DNA from: Octopus vulgaris
Lineage: Eukaryota
Reading direction: 5' to 3'
DNA length: 64,000 nt
NCBI GenBank assembly: GCA_951406725.2
Contig: OX597815.1
Location: 152,334,001 to 152,398,000 of the forward strand
Shown here one piece after another: positions 14,107 through 26,776 of this stretch. The position numbers were made by a program, and so were the translations under genes. A model generated the notes under the pieces. It was not told the origin of the DNA, did not search any database, and saw nothing but the letters and a program-made list of their open reading frames with translations. The number at the start of each line of letters is the position of its first letter. The stretch's first letter is position 1.

Positions 14107-16168
14107 GATGGCCGTCCACTCGTGACCGAGGAAGACCATTGCCGACCTTCAAGAACATTGTGCGCTCTAGGACTAACTTATATTTTGCCTTTGCGGCTCC
14201 GTTGGTGACTAATGAGCCCTGCTCTTGACAAGCATACACGACTGCAAACATTGCAGACCAAGCTTTCCCCATTCACTATACGAGCCGTGCGCTTTCGCAC
14301 AGTTCGCCTAAGTTCTTCATGCTGGATACGTGCTCTCTCAAAAGTGTCGATCCCCTCCTTAACCTGCTTCCTCCACCTGTGGCAATGACAGGCATTGTTC
14401 TCCCAGTCAGTGTCCTGCATATCAAAGGCCTTTAACGAGGACTTGACACAGTCCTTAAATCGCAGCCTTGGTTTCTGTCGGAGTCTCCTTCCATTCACAA
14501 GTTTTCCATAGAGCATCTGCTTAGGAATCATTCTATCCTCCATTCTGATAAGGTGTCCAGTTCAATGCAACCGGTGCTTGTGTACCATTGCCTCAATACT
14601 CAAGATATCAGCTGTCCTCAGGATCTGTGTGTCTGGAATTTTTGAGGTCCAGCCAACATTGAGAATGTGTCTGAGACATCTCTGATGAAAACGTTCAAGG
14701 ACCCTTACCTGACGTTTGTACAGAGTCCATGTCTCGCATGAGTAGAGAAGCGATGTCAGTACACAAGCACGGTACACAGCAACTTTTGTTCTCCTTGCGA
14801 TGCCATGTTGGGACTAGACACGAGACTGAAGAGACCGGAAGGAATTTGTTGCTCTCTGCAATCTGAAAGATATTTCCTCATCCAGGGAGCAAGAACGGCT
14901 GAGTGTGCTGCCCAGGTAGACAAACGTGTCTACTACCTTCAGAATTGTTCCTTCAACCAAGATAGCTGGTTCTATATATGGATTTCCTGGTGCAGGCTGG
15001 AACATTACAACAGTCTTGTCCAGGCTAATGCTGAGTCCAAATGCCCTGCAAGAAGCAGAAATGCAATTCATGAGTATTTGCATGTCATCCACTGTATGAG
15101 TGACTAAGTCACAGTCATCTGCATAAAGGAGGTCACGAATAATAGACTGGGAAACCTTTGAATTGGCAGCAAATCGGCAAAGATTAAAGAGGCGGCCATA
15201 AGATCGATATCTGACATATATTCCCAGAGAGCTAACCTTAGCAAAAGCATGAGTAAAAGTAGCAGCAAAGTACAAAGAAAAGAGAGTTGGGGCAAGGATG
15301 TCACCCTGCTTAACACCATTCTCTACAGGAATGGGTCCCGCCATAGCACCACCAACATTGACCCTGCATCTGTCTTGCTGTGAAAATCATATCCATTGTC
15401 CCTCTACCAGATCGGAAGCCACATTGAGATTCAGATAGGACATCATTTACGAGACACCCATTCAGACGGGTAAGAAGAATATTTGCCAGAACCTTGCCAG
15501 CAGCTGATAGTAGAGCAATACCTCTGTAGTTACCACACATTGTTCTGGCTCCTTTTCCTTTATATAGAGGAAGAATAATTGCATCCTTCCAGTCCTTAGG
15601 GATTACACCATCCCTCCAGACTGCACTAATAAGTTCATGAAGGGACGGTGTGATGCAATTACCACCAAATCACAAGACCTCAGCACAAACTCCATCCTTT
15701 CCAGGTGCCCTACCAAGATTCAATTTACTTATTGATGTCATTACTTCATGTATTGATGGCGGGGAGTCTAAGGAGTCAATGATAGGTCTTTGTTTCATAG
15801 TATCAATCACTGTTTCATCCACAACTGACTCGTGGTTTAGGAGTTCAGAGAAGTGTTTGATCCAGCAACCTGTGATTTCTGTTGATTTAGTAAACAGAGT
15901 GGAAGACTCCTTGGAAAACAAAGGAGCTGATGTGGAGCTCTTAGGTCCATAAGCTCGCTTCATAAGATGGTAAAGCTTCTTGCTGTCATTTGCATCAGCA
16001 GCAGCCTGAACATCACGAGCAAGATCCTCCCACCAAGTGTTCTGCATCTTCCTGAGAGATCGCTGCAGTAGTGATTTTACACTGTTATAGTGGGCAAGTG
16101 CTAGACTTCGCTGCACAGTAGACAGTTCTCTGTGCAGCAACACACTGTGGGCATGGCGCTTCACCACT
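14107..16168 (-). mobile_element. RTE-clade LINE, 5'-truncated, with a decayed reverse transcriptase
   Basis: ORF pieces show NYRGIALLSAAGK, SQCGFRSGRGTMDMIF, GVKQGDILAPTLF, LLYADDC, FVYLGS, LLYSCETW and a C-terminal CNVC...SH finger. Several stops and frameshifts; ends in a microsatellite tail. Confidence 0.93.
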
Positions 16169-16514
16169 AATAGTCATTGAATACATACATACATACATAC
16201 ATACATGTATAATGTGATAATGAAAGTCACAATTCTTGTCAAATACAATTACCGAGGGTTTCCTGGTCAAAACATGAATATATTTTGCCATTTTTGAAGC
16301 TGAGTAAAAGATTTTTTTTCAGTTGCTTATCTAAGCAGATGCTATTTAAACAAGGGGTGCTGATAAGGAAGAAGACAAAAAGAAAAACACAAAGGAAATA
16401 CATACATACAAACATACACGAATATATATACACATACATACATACATACATAAATACATACATACATACATACGAAAAAAGACCATGCATGACTATGTTT
16501 CTCGTAGACTTTAA

Positions 16515-17388
16515 GAAGACGGTAACATTAACATAAAGCGAAGCTTCTTTTGGACACATAATTGTCACATTACATCCCACTTTGATGGCTATGCGTTTGC
16601 AATCCAAGAACAGGAGATTGCTGTTAAATACCTAATCAACAAAAGAGACAGTGAAACCCTTGGAGTTCCAAGATGCAACTGTGAATGTAGATTACGTCAC
16701 ATTTCTGTGGAAGACATCACACATGGGATTAACAGCTGCCCAAAATTGTCATTAAGGGGCTACTTCCTTATGGGACATGACATTGTCTCAAAAACAATAT
16801 ACAATGCCATTAGGCAAAAAGACTGTCCTAGAATAAATATAGAGAATTCCCCTGTTATTGAATACATACACAAATACCAGCACAAGAAATACTGGTATAA
16901 CATTCCCATCAAAACATCTATCAACTGTAAATATAACAGGCCAGATATTGTTTGGGACAACAATATGTACCGTCAAGAGGTTAGCTGTCCTGCTGATGAG
17001 AATATTTCTTTGAAAATCAAAATAAAAGATGATAATTACGGTCAACTGCTTCAAAACCTCCAGCTTTTATATCCGGATTACAAATTCACATTTATACCAA
17101 TAATAATTGGAGAACTTGGTTTTGTACGTAAATGCCTAACTGTCATTCTGGATAAGCATAAATTTTCAGGAAACGAATTCAACCAACAGACTCGGACATT
17201 ACAAATACAATTTGTAAGCAGAACAGTAAAATTATGCAAGACTTTTCTCAGGTTTAAAATGTGACATTACTTTTGTTATCAACATTCCAATGATGGAGCT
17301 TTGTATTTTTGTTAGAAACCAGCTCCTTCTTTAGAGGAAGAATTTAAATGATTAAATACAGAAGAGACATGTTTCTCGTAGACTTTAA
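16515..17388 (+). mobile_element. R4/Dong-clade non-LTR retrotransposon 3' fragment (zinc knuckle + restriction-like endonuclease)
   Basis: FAIQEQEIAVKY, CECRL..EDITH..SC, (R/G)HD, NRPDIVWD and EVSCPADENI...KDDNY..L, PIIIGELG. This is the PD-(D/E)xK RLE layout of R2/R4-type elements. Confidence 0.8.
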
Positions 17389-17524
17389 TTATTACAAGAA
17401 AAGTAATAATTAGCAATTAATGCAATCTTCTGTATCATATAATAATTAAGTTGAAAAATGTATGATGCTTTGTTTTATTCTTATATGTTGATTGCATTCA
17501 TGTTTTAAGTTATTTGTCAATAGA

Positions 17525-17890
17525 CATGGTTCCAGGTTCAGTCTCACTGCATGGCACCTTGGGAAAGTGTCTTCTAGTATAGCATCAGCCTGACCAAAGC
17601 CTTGTGAGTGGATTTGGTAGACGGAAACTGAAAGAAGCCCATCGTATATATGTATATACATATGTATGTGTGTGTATATGTTTGTGTGTCTGTGTTTGTT
17701 CCCCCAACATCGCTTGAAAACCAATGCTGTTGTGTTTACATCCCCGTAACTTAGCTGTTCGGCAAAAGAGACCAATAGAATAAGTACTAGGCTTACAAAG
17801 AATAAGTCCTGGGGTCAATTTGCTTGACTAAATCAAGTGCTCCAGCATAGCCACAGTCAAATGACTGAAACGAGTAAAAGAGTAAAAGAG
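17525..17890 (+). mobile_element. tRNA-derived SINE (family A, Octopus-type)
   Basis: B-box-like GGTTCAGTC, GGCACCTTGGGAAAGTGTCTT core, internal (TG)n and a GAGTAAAA tail. Other copies at 30.8, 39.3-39.8, 42.1-42.8 and 45.4 kb. Confidence 0.75.
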
Positions 17891-18139
17891 ATATCTTCGA
17901 TTTCTAATTGAGAGGAGAGGAGAGACAAATGTGATCACTGACACCCATGTTCCTCAATAAGAAAAATATGTAAACAATGTTAGTGAAGTAGGGTTGCTAT
18001 CAACAGCGACAATCATGACTTTAGCTTGATGGTAGCTTATATATTATTTTATAGTTTTTCAAAATATAAATGAGTCTAGCAAAGTATTAATTTTGAAGAT
18101 CAGAGAAAAATGAGGTGAAGGAAACAGCGAAATACTTAC

Positions 18140-18203
18140 ACTTGTGCAACACTGATGTAATTGTTTGTGTAGTTAACTGCCAGAGTAATGACAGCTGGAA
18201 GAC
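18140..18203 (-). CDS. Adhesion GPCR exon (end of TM4/ECL2): GLPAVITLAVNYTNNYISVAQV
   Basis: ttgtcAG acceptor and GTAAGT donor. The phase-1 start completes AW-G-LP of family-B TM4. Confidence 0.8.
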
Positions 18204-18777
18204 CTGACAATGATATTTACAGAAACAAATATGAATCTTTAGATAATAATTAACTTTTGAAATCATAAATAAATGATATGTGAATTGATTTAGTTTAGTA
18301 TGTTTTTGCCCAGAAAATTAGCTAGTTCAAAAGGAACCGATATTTCATTTCTTACCACACACAATTCACTTCTTGCCATTTGCTCCTTTGGTTTCTAGAA
18401 ATAGCTACGACTAATATACTATTTCGATCCTATCAATTATGCTTTAGAGGGCTGCAAAAAGTGGAAAATCATGGAAGTTCTGGATATTGGTAAGAAGACA
18501 GAATGACATGGATGACAACAGAAATTCACTCTCCTCAACTATTATTTGGTGAAAGTGCATAACGAGTAACTCTTGGGTTCCCCCTGGAGACAAGATCAGA
18601 CTGAAGTTGTAGGACAGTGATCTTTTCACTCAGGATTTAACGCTCCTGGTATTGTAAATTTGAATTTTACAGTAAAACAGATCTGTAATCTAAGTTTGAG
18701 TTGTTTTAAGCAACAACACTTTAATTTCTAGTTTCAAAAGTATCTTTAAAGATGGTTGGATCTATAATGGGGTAGAG

Positions 18778-20762
18778 CAGTGATTGCCAAACTTTTTCAG
18801 ACTGCCACCCACTTGGCACCCATACCACATTCCTAGAGTTTCTCTCCAACACTCACCACCACAAACATAGACCTCTTTCAGCTGCAAATACAAAACAACT
18901 GTATTTCACAAATAAACATAACCCATTGTTTTGTTGATTTTACAATACGAAAGAGTAAATTTACATCTCACTTGTAAATACTTTATTTTCATATTTTTAA
19001 TACGATGGATATACATTGTGCAGGGAAATTAGCTTCTCAACATCTGGCTGAAAGGTTCTAAAAAGTAGTTTTAGATCATCACATTCGATACTGAAGCTCT
19101 GCTCTACGAAATATGATGTTGGGACAGCAATAGACTACATCTTGGCTTTGTTCTTCAGAGCAGGGTAGTAATCAGAAATGTATTTCTGTAATCAAAATTC
19201 TTGATGTGATTTTTTAAACTTTGGCCTTAGCTCAGTGTCATTTAACTTTAAGTGAAACCACTATTCATGTTTCCTCATTGCTGATATCTTGGTAAAGTAA
19301 CTAAAAATAATATCCTGAAACCTGTCAGACATGTCTCAGTACAGCTCATCCAGGTGTGAACAATACACTTGAATGCCATCTTCTGGTGTGCACTTTTCCT
19401 TCTCCAATTCAGAGAGTCTCAGAAACTGGAGGCTTATGTTACATTTGAATGGTTGGTTTTACTTTGGTATGGTTTAACCTAATGTCCTTGCAGTTGCAAG
19501 TAAACTTCATTGAACTTTGTGAATATATCTGCCATGTAAGCAATGCCATGCTTGATATTTCTTGGTTCATCACAAAGAACAGAATAAACAGTTCTATATT
19601 TAAGAGATGAGGAATTATGTATATTATTTACATTTGATGGATATTTGTGTTAACAACAAACAAGATGAGGACAAATATCTATCAAATGAAAATAACGAAC
19701 AGAATAAGAGTCTCAACAACTGTTTTAAAAAGGGAATAGAAACTTCTAGGCAGTTCCCTTTGACAGCCATTGAATTTCTGTGTGCAGGAGTTGAAACAGT
19801 GAGGAATTGTGAGCATGTGTGTTGATTTTATTTACTGCTGTGATAACAGTGCTCATTGATTTGTTAAGTCCACAACTTAGGTTATTTGCAACCAGGTGTT
19901 GTCTGAGGATTATAGAGTGTGCACTAGACATGCTAGGTATAACTTTTACAATAAACTGATGAAGCTGCAATGACAACCTACCATCGATGGTGTCCCTTCT
20001 ATTGCTCAAACACAAAATATTGATTCCTCTTGTGTATCTGTTTCTAGTTGTCTTACAAATTATTACTCTTGAACAAAATGTTAATCTTTGACAAAGCAAA
20101 CATAAGCAAGAAATATACTTTTATTGTTTGGCAAGGGCGACTAATCTCGCCAAGCAAGCCAAGTTTGGAGGTTCTAAGTAGGTTGCACTATTTATTTTCA
20201 ATGCTATAATATTCGACATTTTAAAACGTTTGTAGTATGCCTTGTTAGAGAAAAAATTCCATACGTCCATTTCATTTTGATTTTCACAATTAAAATCTGG
20301 AAACCCCACCACCAAAAAAGAAAAAAAAAACAAAAAACAAATTACGATTCATGTATGATAGCCTTTCGAAAAATGTTTTCTGAAAGAATACAGATTACAA
20401 GTTTTCAAAATATGGAAAAAATACATGATGAAAAAATGCCATATGTTCAGTGTCATGTTTTCGTCTTTTTGGGGAATTCTCTTGTGAATTTTATGACCAG
20501 CTTTGTTAGAGAACTTTTGTTGTTTTTCAAATTTATTTTTGTTCTTTGTTCTTTAAGTTAGTTTTACTAAACACTATTTTTTAAACTTGAGTGTACCATT
20601 GAAAAATAGACGCTGGCAAGGCCATCCATAACTCCCTTATTGCACTGTTTTTTTCCAGTGCCCACCCCACCAGATCTTTCCACTGCCTCTTGGATCTTTC
20701 CACTGTCTCTGGATCTTTCTACTGCCCCAAGGGGATGGTAACACCCACTTTTGGAACCACTG
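18778..20762 (-). mobile_element. hAT (Charlie/Buster-type) DNA transposon, decayed
   Basis: Imperfect TIRs CAGTGATTGCCAAA / CAGTGGTTCCAAAA. ORF 19746-20099 contains HSIILRQHLVA...AVNKINTHAHNSSLF...LHTEIQWLSKG (HC..HR and HTEVRWLS motifs). TSD not preserved. Confidence 0.8.
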
Positions 20763-21127
20763 AAGGGGATTCGTGATATAGAGCCCCTTCCTGAGATATT
20801 TTACTGCAGTGATTGATTTTCAATACTTTCTGCAACATTAGAACAGAATAATAAAATCGAGAAAAATAAATTGAACTCTTACTAGGCAACATCCACTTAG
20901 ATAATGTCAAAAAACATGGTTAATAATGTTTAGTTTAGTGTCCTGAGTTCAAATCCCAACAAGGTTAACTTTTCCTTCAAAATTTTTGGTTTATTGAAAT
21001 GAATACAATTGTCTGGATCATTCAAGAGAAATTTTTGCCATCAACTAACATTCATGTACAAATATTAAACACAAAGAAATGTGTGTACGTGTGTGTATGT
21101 GTGTTTGAGAGAGAGAGAGATAGCGTA

Positions 21128-21178
<51 letters not shown>

Positions 21179-21225
21179 TAAAGTGACCCAAAAAATAGAA
21201 AACTGAAGATAGAAATTATACCTAC

Positions 21226-21365
21226 CCCAGGCCAAAATTGAACTCACGATCATAAAATATTTTTTGTTCAGTTCCAAATTTTATATCTGTATAATCATGA
21301 AAAGCTTCGATACCCATCCACATGACAGTTGCTGTAAGGGAGTAGTGTAACAGAGCAGCCACAGC
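21226..21365 (-). CDS. Adhesion GPCR exon TM3-TM4 (AVAALLHYSLTATVMWMGIEAFH...KYFMIVSSILAW), with a +1 frameshift as assembled
   Basis: LHY...WM..EA is the family-B TM3 signature. The exon is 140 nt where phase logic needs 139; there is one extra base in the T6 run at 21260-21265. Donor GTAGGT. Confidence 0.85.
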
Positions 21366-22384
21366 CTTGAATGACAACAACAACAACAACAATAACAATA
21401 AATGTTTCTAACATTGACATATGTTTGGCTTCAAATATATATTGTATTTCAGGGGTAGGGGTGGAGGTGGGGTCAACTATATTGATATCAGTAATAGTTT
21501 TATATTTTATAGTTTTGAATCCAGAAAGTTGAAAATTAAAATAGAATCTTCTGAAATTTCAACACAGAACATGGGAACACATATTTCAGTACAGCAAAGA
21601 TGATATCATTCCATTAACGTGGGAACGCAGGTTGCCATCGTTTAAATTTCTATAATTTTGAATTTCTATGCATCACTTTTCATTTTGTACTTGACAAAAA
21701 CAGGCAAGCTGTTGAAATATTGTTCAAAACAATAAAATATCTATTGTAATGTCATTGTGCTCTACGTATTGTCTACTTACCTTTGTAAGGAGTTATGTTA
21801 ATTCTTTTAAAATTATAATGATAATAATAACGATAATAACTACAATAATAATAATAATGATAATAATAATAATAATAATAATAATATAAAATTTTGGTAC
21901 AAGGCCCCATAGAAATGAAAGCAAGATTGATCTCAGCAGATTTGAACTCAGAATGTAAGAATGGATGAAATCTTTGAAATTTTGGTCTCGTTCATGGCTT
22001 TCACATCCAAACCCAGCTATCTGAGGCCACTGAGCAGGCGACTCTGCTTCGAGAGTGACCCCAGTCCACATGCATTTATACATTCTATTGTTGGGGCTGC
22101 TATGTTGGCTAAAAGATGATGAGGAGAAAGGGAAACAGACTACTTAACTATTTCATGGTACCAGTGACTGAATGACTTGGTCTCCACAGGGTTTTGAGCT
22201 TCCTTAGGGAAATCCTTTAGAAGCCTACAGTTGGCTCTTTCATTAGGACTTCGCACAGCATCAGGGAAATCTTCCCTCAGTATTTTGTATGCCACCAAGT
22301 CCAATTTTATTATTTTCAAATTTTGTGGCTCTTTGGAAGTGCTGGTTATGATAACTTATCCCTCTATTTCAGCATTTTCTTTAT

Positions 22385-23106
22385 CTCTATATATATAAAC
22401 GGCAAAATGTGTGTGTGTGTGTGTGTATCCTTTATACAAATCCACAATTTTTCAGTTAGAGGGCTCACACTTTCTATGGTCATTCAAAACCGTCCAAGGG
22501 TGGTTGTGAAGATCTTTTCATTTCCCCAGTTACCCCTGAAAGCCATTAAAAAAAAATCGATAAACCGACCCCTTATGTTTCAGGTAACAAAAGTCTTTAA
22601 TACAAGGGATGTAACTCCAGCAGTTTAATCTAAAGATATTAAACCATAGCAAGGGAAATAACTCTTTAAAACTCTGCATTTCTCTCCCTTTGTTACGTAT
22701 CACACCTCAATAGTGTACCAGACAAATTTATCCAATTTAGGACCGGAACTTACCCGGATTTCTGGATTTTCCAGTTCCCCAGAGAATTTCTAAACATTTG
22801 CTTAAAATCTCTATATCTATAAATGGCAAAATGTCTGTTTTTTGATTGGACGGCGATAATTTTACACCTGACAGTTTGATGTGCATGCATATTTGCAGAC
22901 AGTCTGTATGACTGTGCATTTTTGTGTTTTGCAAAGACACGTTATCATGTATTTTGGCTTTCAAACGTGCATGCTTGTTTGATTTGAGAAATGCAGGGAA
23001 TAATTAATGAGTTAGACCAAGTGAATGACAAGAGAGCGGGATTTTCATGAAAGACCAAATATGCTTGACTAGCACTTGACCCAACAACCCTGGGTCATAG
23101 TGCTAG
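22385..23106 (+). mobile_element. Non-autonomous Helitron-like element(s)
   Basis: Two TC-start heads (TCTCTATATATATAAACGGCAAAATG near 22385; variant near 22808), a subterminal hairpin GACCCA...TGGGTC and a CTAG|T end at 23103-23107. Confidence 0.6.
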
Positions 23107-24318
23107 TGTGCTATAAAGAGCATCAGCTTTTTGTTTGTATCCCTAACCAGCAAAATGTTTGGACTGGAGATGTTTTGTGGGCATTGTGTTTGTGTATCAG
23201 TCTACTGTGTTTTTTTCTTTCAGTTGAGATGTGTATTGTTGTTGCTGGCGGTGGTGGATTTGTCCATGTGGGTGTGGTTTCCACAATGCTGTCACAATTG
23301 TGTGGCTTGTTCGGAGCTGATGCATCTTTTAAAAACTTCTATGTCTATTTTTTTAACATGTTAGGTTGCCTCACAAGATGGTGTTCTATGTGGGGGATAT
23401 CTGATGCGGGAGGAAGTCGAAGTATGTTTGCATGTGTCAAACTCCATGTGTTTGAAAAAGCTGGAGAGCGAGGGAGGGTAACAGAGATGTAGTTTGGTTG
23501 AATATTTTCCTGTGGTGTGGGGCATCAACCCCAAAACATGACTGGTATGTTACTTTATCAACCCTGGAGGGATGAAAAGAGTCAACTTTGCATTTCATCC
23601 TTCCAGGGTTGATAAATTTAAGTTCCGGTCAAATGGTGAGGTCAATGTAATCGGTTAACCTCCCCTCCTTGATAGTTTCTGGCCTTGTACCAAAATTGAA
23701 AACAATAACAACAATAAATATTTGCTGTCTGATTAGACGGAATGGCTTAAAGAGATACAACAAACTTCAAAGAATGCTGAACAGGAAGCTAACACAGACA
23801 TGTAGAAGGGCTAACTTAGAGGTGAGGGTAAGATGTTGAACATGAAACAAAATGCAATTTGACAAGTTAAAAAACTGATCGTTTATTACATGGTATTTCC
23901 AATTATAAAAATGGATGTCATCATTTAGCAATAAATGAAAGAACGCAAGGATGATCAATGCAAACATTAACCCATATGATGCCAACCTGGCTGAAACCAC
24001 CTCTGGTTCTGTAGTACAAATGTCTTGTTTTCAAAAGTTCTGAATTAAAATCTTCCACCAAACCTTAGTCACAATTTATGTTCCTAACTCTAGCTTAATG
24101 ATAACCAAGTTATTTTACTAAATTCCTTGTTAAATTTAGAATTAATTGAAAGAAACATGGAGCATCTCAACAGAAATATAGTAACAACAGGATTAAATGT
24201 AACATTTATTGAGACAACTTGAATTCTAATGGATTGAATCTATTTGAAGTAAAAGACTGTTGAACATAATATTTAATATAAGAAAAATATCTACTTGCTA
24301 AAATATGCTTCCACTTAC

Positions 24319-24442
24319 CTTACAAGCAGCTGTTATTTTTAAGGCATAAGGGTGCATCCCAATGAGGAAGATGATATTAACAACACTTAAAGAAATGCAC
24401 TGGCATATCAAAATCTTTGAAGACAAACATTTCCGCAGTTCT
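24319..24442 (-). CDS. Adhesion GPCR exon ICL1-TM2-ECL1: KELRKCLSSKILICQCISLSVVNIIFLIGMHPYALKITAACK
   Basis: Polypyrimidine tract + CAG acceptor, GTAAGT donor. Phases match both neighbours. SKIL..L TM2 motif and the conserved ECL1/TM3 Cys are present. Confidence 0.88.
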
Positions 24443-24791
24443 CTGAATAACAGAAAAAGAAATAATGATATACACACACACAAAAGTGGCAAGCTGGCAG
24501 AAATGTTAGCACACCGGACGAAATGCTTAGCAGTATTTCGTCTGTTTACATACTGAGTTCAAATTCTGCTGAGGATGACTTGCCTTTCATCCTTTCGGGG
24601 TCAATAAATTAAGTAATATAATATTATTAACCTATAAAGGTCTAAACTTGCTAGCCACTCTATTATTATCATTATTATTATAAGTAATATTAATGATACT
24701 TAAATTTATATATTACTAGGTCATGTTAGGTTCATTTTTGAATGACGTGTAATGTGATGAATATTTCAGAAATAGATGCCATAGTGTTAGG

Positions 24792-24850
24792 TCCAGCTGA
24801 TGAGCTTAAGTATGTTTTACATACAGAAAGTGAGATTAATTGATCCTGGA
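24792..24850 (+). ncRNA. Degenerate hammerhead ribozyme-like motif
   Basis: TCCAG-CTGATGA-...-GAAA-...-ATC-CTGGA with a perfect 5-bp stem I; stems II and III are irregular. Confidence 0.3.
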
Positions 24851-25699
24851 ATATACATTACTTTTGTATTCAATGCAAGGTAAGCCTATTTCTGTTATGT
24901 TTATCACATCCACCATGCATAGTTTTATAGTGAGTAAATTGTGGTTTCAGAGAGATATCTCTGTTATGCAAGTGGTATTTTAATACCCTTCTGTATTTTG
25001 TTTATATATGTGTGTGTGTGTGTGTGTGTGTATTAGGTTATTTGTGTTAGCGGTTGGAATAAACGTCTAAGGGATAAGAATATCCATTTAACTACAGGTA
25101 TAAATTACCTATGTTAACCCTGGGCATACATATGCAAACATATTATGCTTATAGGATACAAGCAATGACAAAAATAAACATGAGTTTATCAGGAATTAAA
25201 TTTAAATTCAGCAGAAAATGGAGAAATATTGATCAACAACAATTGACTAATATCGATTATTACTTTTTAATAGAAGTTTTTGCATTCCAGGGCATTTGTC
25301 TGCCTATAGTTGCACTGTCTCACTTAATTGTGTTGTTTTGGGGGAATATCCCACCTCCAAAAATTGTGAAATTTTTTTGGAAAAATTTCTGAATTTTTAC
25401 CAATTTGTGGCGATTGTTTTGAAGCTATGTTCCTGCTGCTGTGTCCCTGTTCACTTTTGGACAACCTGTTGGCCGGGAGTACCAGTTGGTTGGAATTGTG
25501 TGTTGCTGTGTTTTGAAATGTTTCCTGAACTTTTTCTTCAAAGCATGGCAAAGAAAATGAACACTGTGTTGGAGTGGGAAATCATTCCACCCAAGCAATG
25601 GTTAAAAGACTTAGAGGAAAGAATGGTGGTGTTGAGGACCACCGAAGAGAGAAATAGAAAAAGAGTTGTCAGAACATCTGCCAACTATTAAGTTTATTT

Positions 25700-26400
25700 C
25701 CAGGGGTGTTAGATATGCAACGGTGTGGTTGCTATTTGACACCCCTGAGGTGGCTGGCAAATTTGGAACCAGCCCTTAGAAGGGCAAAAGATTCTGTTTC
25801 TTCCCACATATTGAGGGAAAAAATTAACAAGAGCTTGGGTCTGTGGGCTGCTACTGGGCATTGACCTGGAATGGATAGAGGACACTATCTGCTGGAGTCT
25901 GGCAGCAGGCCAAAGTTTTTAAATGTGAAATTGTTGCCAGCAGCTGACTGGGTGGGGTTAAAACCGCTTTTGACCCTATGGACCTGATAAGATGCTAAAG
26001 ATCTGGTATTTCCAGATCTTTTGAAAATGGCCGGTTGCAGGTACCCAGTGATACTTGTGGGACGCCCCACCCCCAATGTCACTTGTACCTGGAATTAGGC
26101 CATATTAAGAACTGCCCCCAGGACCAAAGTAAGGTCCTGGAGTAGTTAATAAAAGTAGCACTCCCTCCTCCTTTGGAGGGAGAGGTGGAGGCATTCGAGG
26201 AGGTGGAGACCTCCTCGAAATAAGGAAAAAAAGGAAGAAGGTGGGCAGCAATGGTTGCCCACCGAAGGACCCCAAGACTACAGGAGGGAGGGAAGATCCT
26301 CCAGATAAAGCGGAGGAACTACACCCTCCTGTAGCACAAGGGAGAAACAAAAAAGAAGACGACGAAGAATGGGACATTGTTGGCAGTTAGTAGTACACTA
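25700..26400 (+). mobile_element. Possible decayed LINE ORF1 (gag-like zinc knuckle) remnant
   Basis: YPVILVGRPTP / QCHLYLELGHIKNCP resembles a degenerate CX2CX4HX4C knuckle and is followed by a K/E/P-rich region. Confidence 0.3.
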
Positions 26401-26509
26401 ACTAGAAGTAAGGTATACAGAATATGGTAGATACCTGATGGAAGGTATTTACTTGGTTCCACGTCTCTGAACAGTTTCCAGGAAGTCAATGTCCTTAGCA
26501 AGATAGGGG

Positions 26510-26766
26510 TTCCAGACTGGTGATGTAAATTTGTATGTTTTGCTTCATGTATGCATTTTCATGCATATAGTTGCATCTCTAGACATGCTCATATATATTT
26601 AAATGATAAAGTTTTGTAAAGTTTTACAGATTTTTACAGTTCCACTGATGGATTGGATCCGTTGTCCACATATTAGTTTTCTTCTTTCTGGTTTTGAGCA
26701 GCCTAATTTCTTAAGATTGGTATTTAGGCAGTGTGTTACATATCCCAAGGTCCCAATAATTATAGG
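26510..26766 (-). mobile_element. R4/Dong-clade 3' end fragment
   Basis: Minus-strand translation PIIIGTLGYVTHCLNTNLKKLG...IQSISGTVKICKTLQNFII* aligns with the C-terminus of the 16707-17264 ORF. Confidence 0.7.
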
Positions 26767-26776
26767 TATGTATGTA

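Noticed and set aside
23767-24000. Hydrophobic ORF that could be a TM exon (also 23076-23492)
   Set aside because: It has no family-B TM motifs or fitting splice phases, and TM2 and TM3 exons already join in phase without it.
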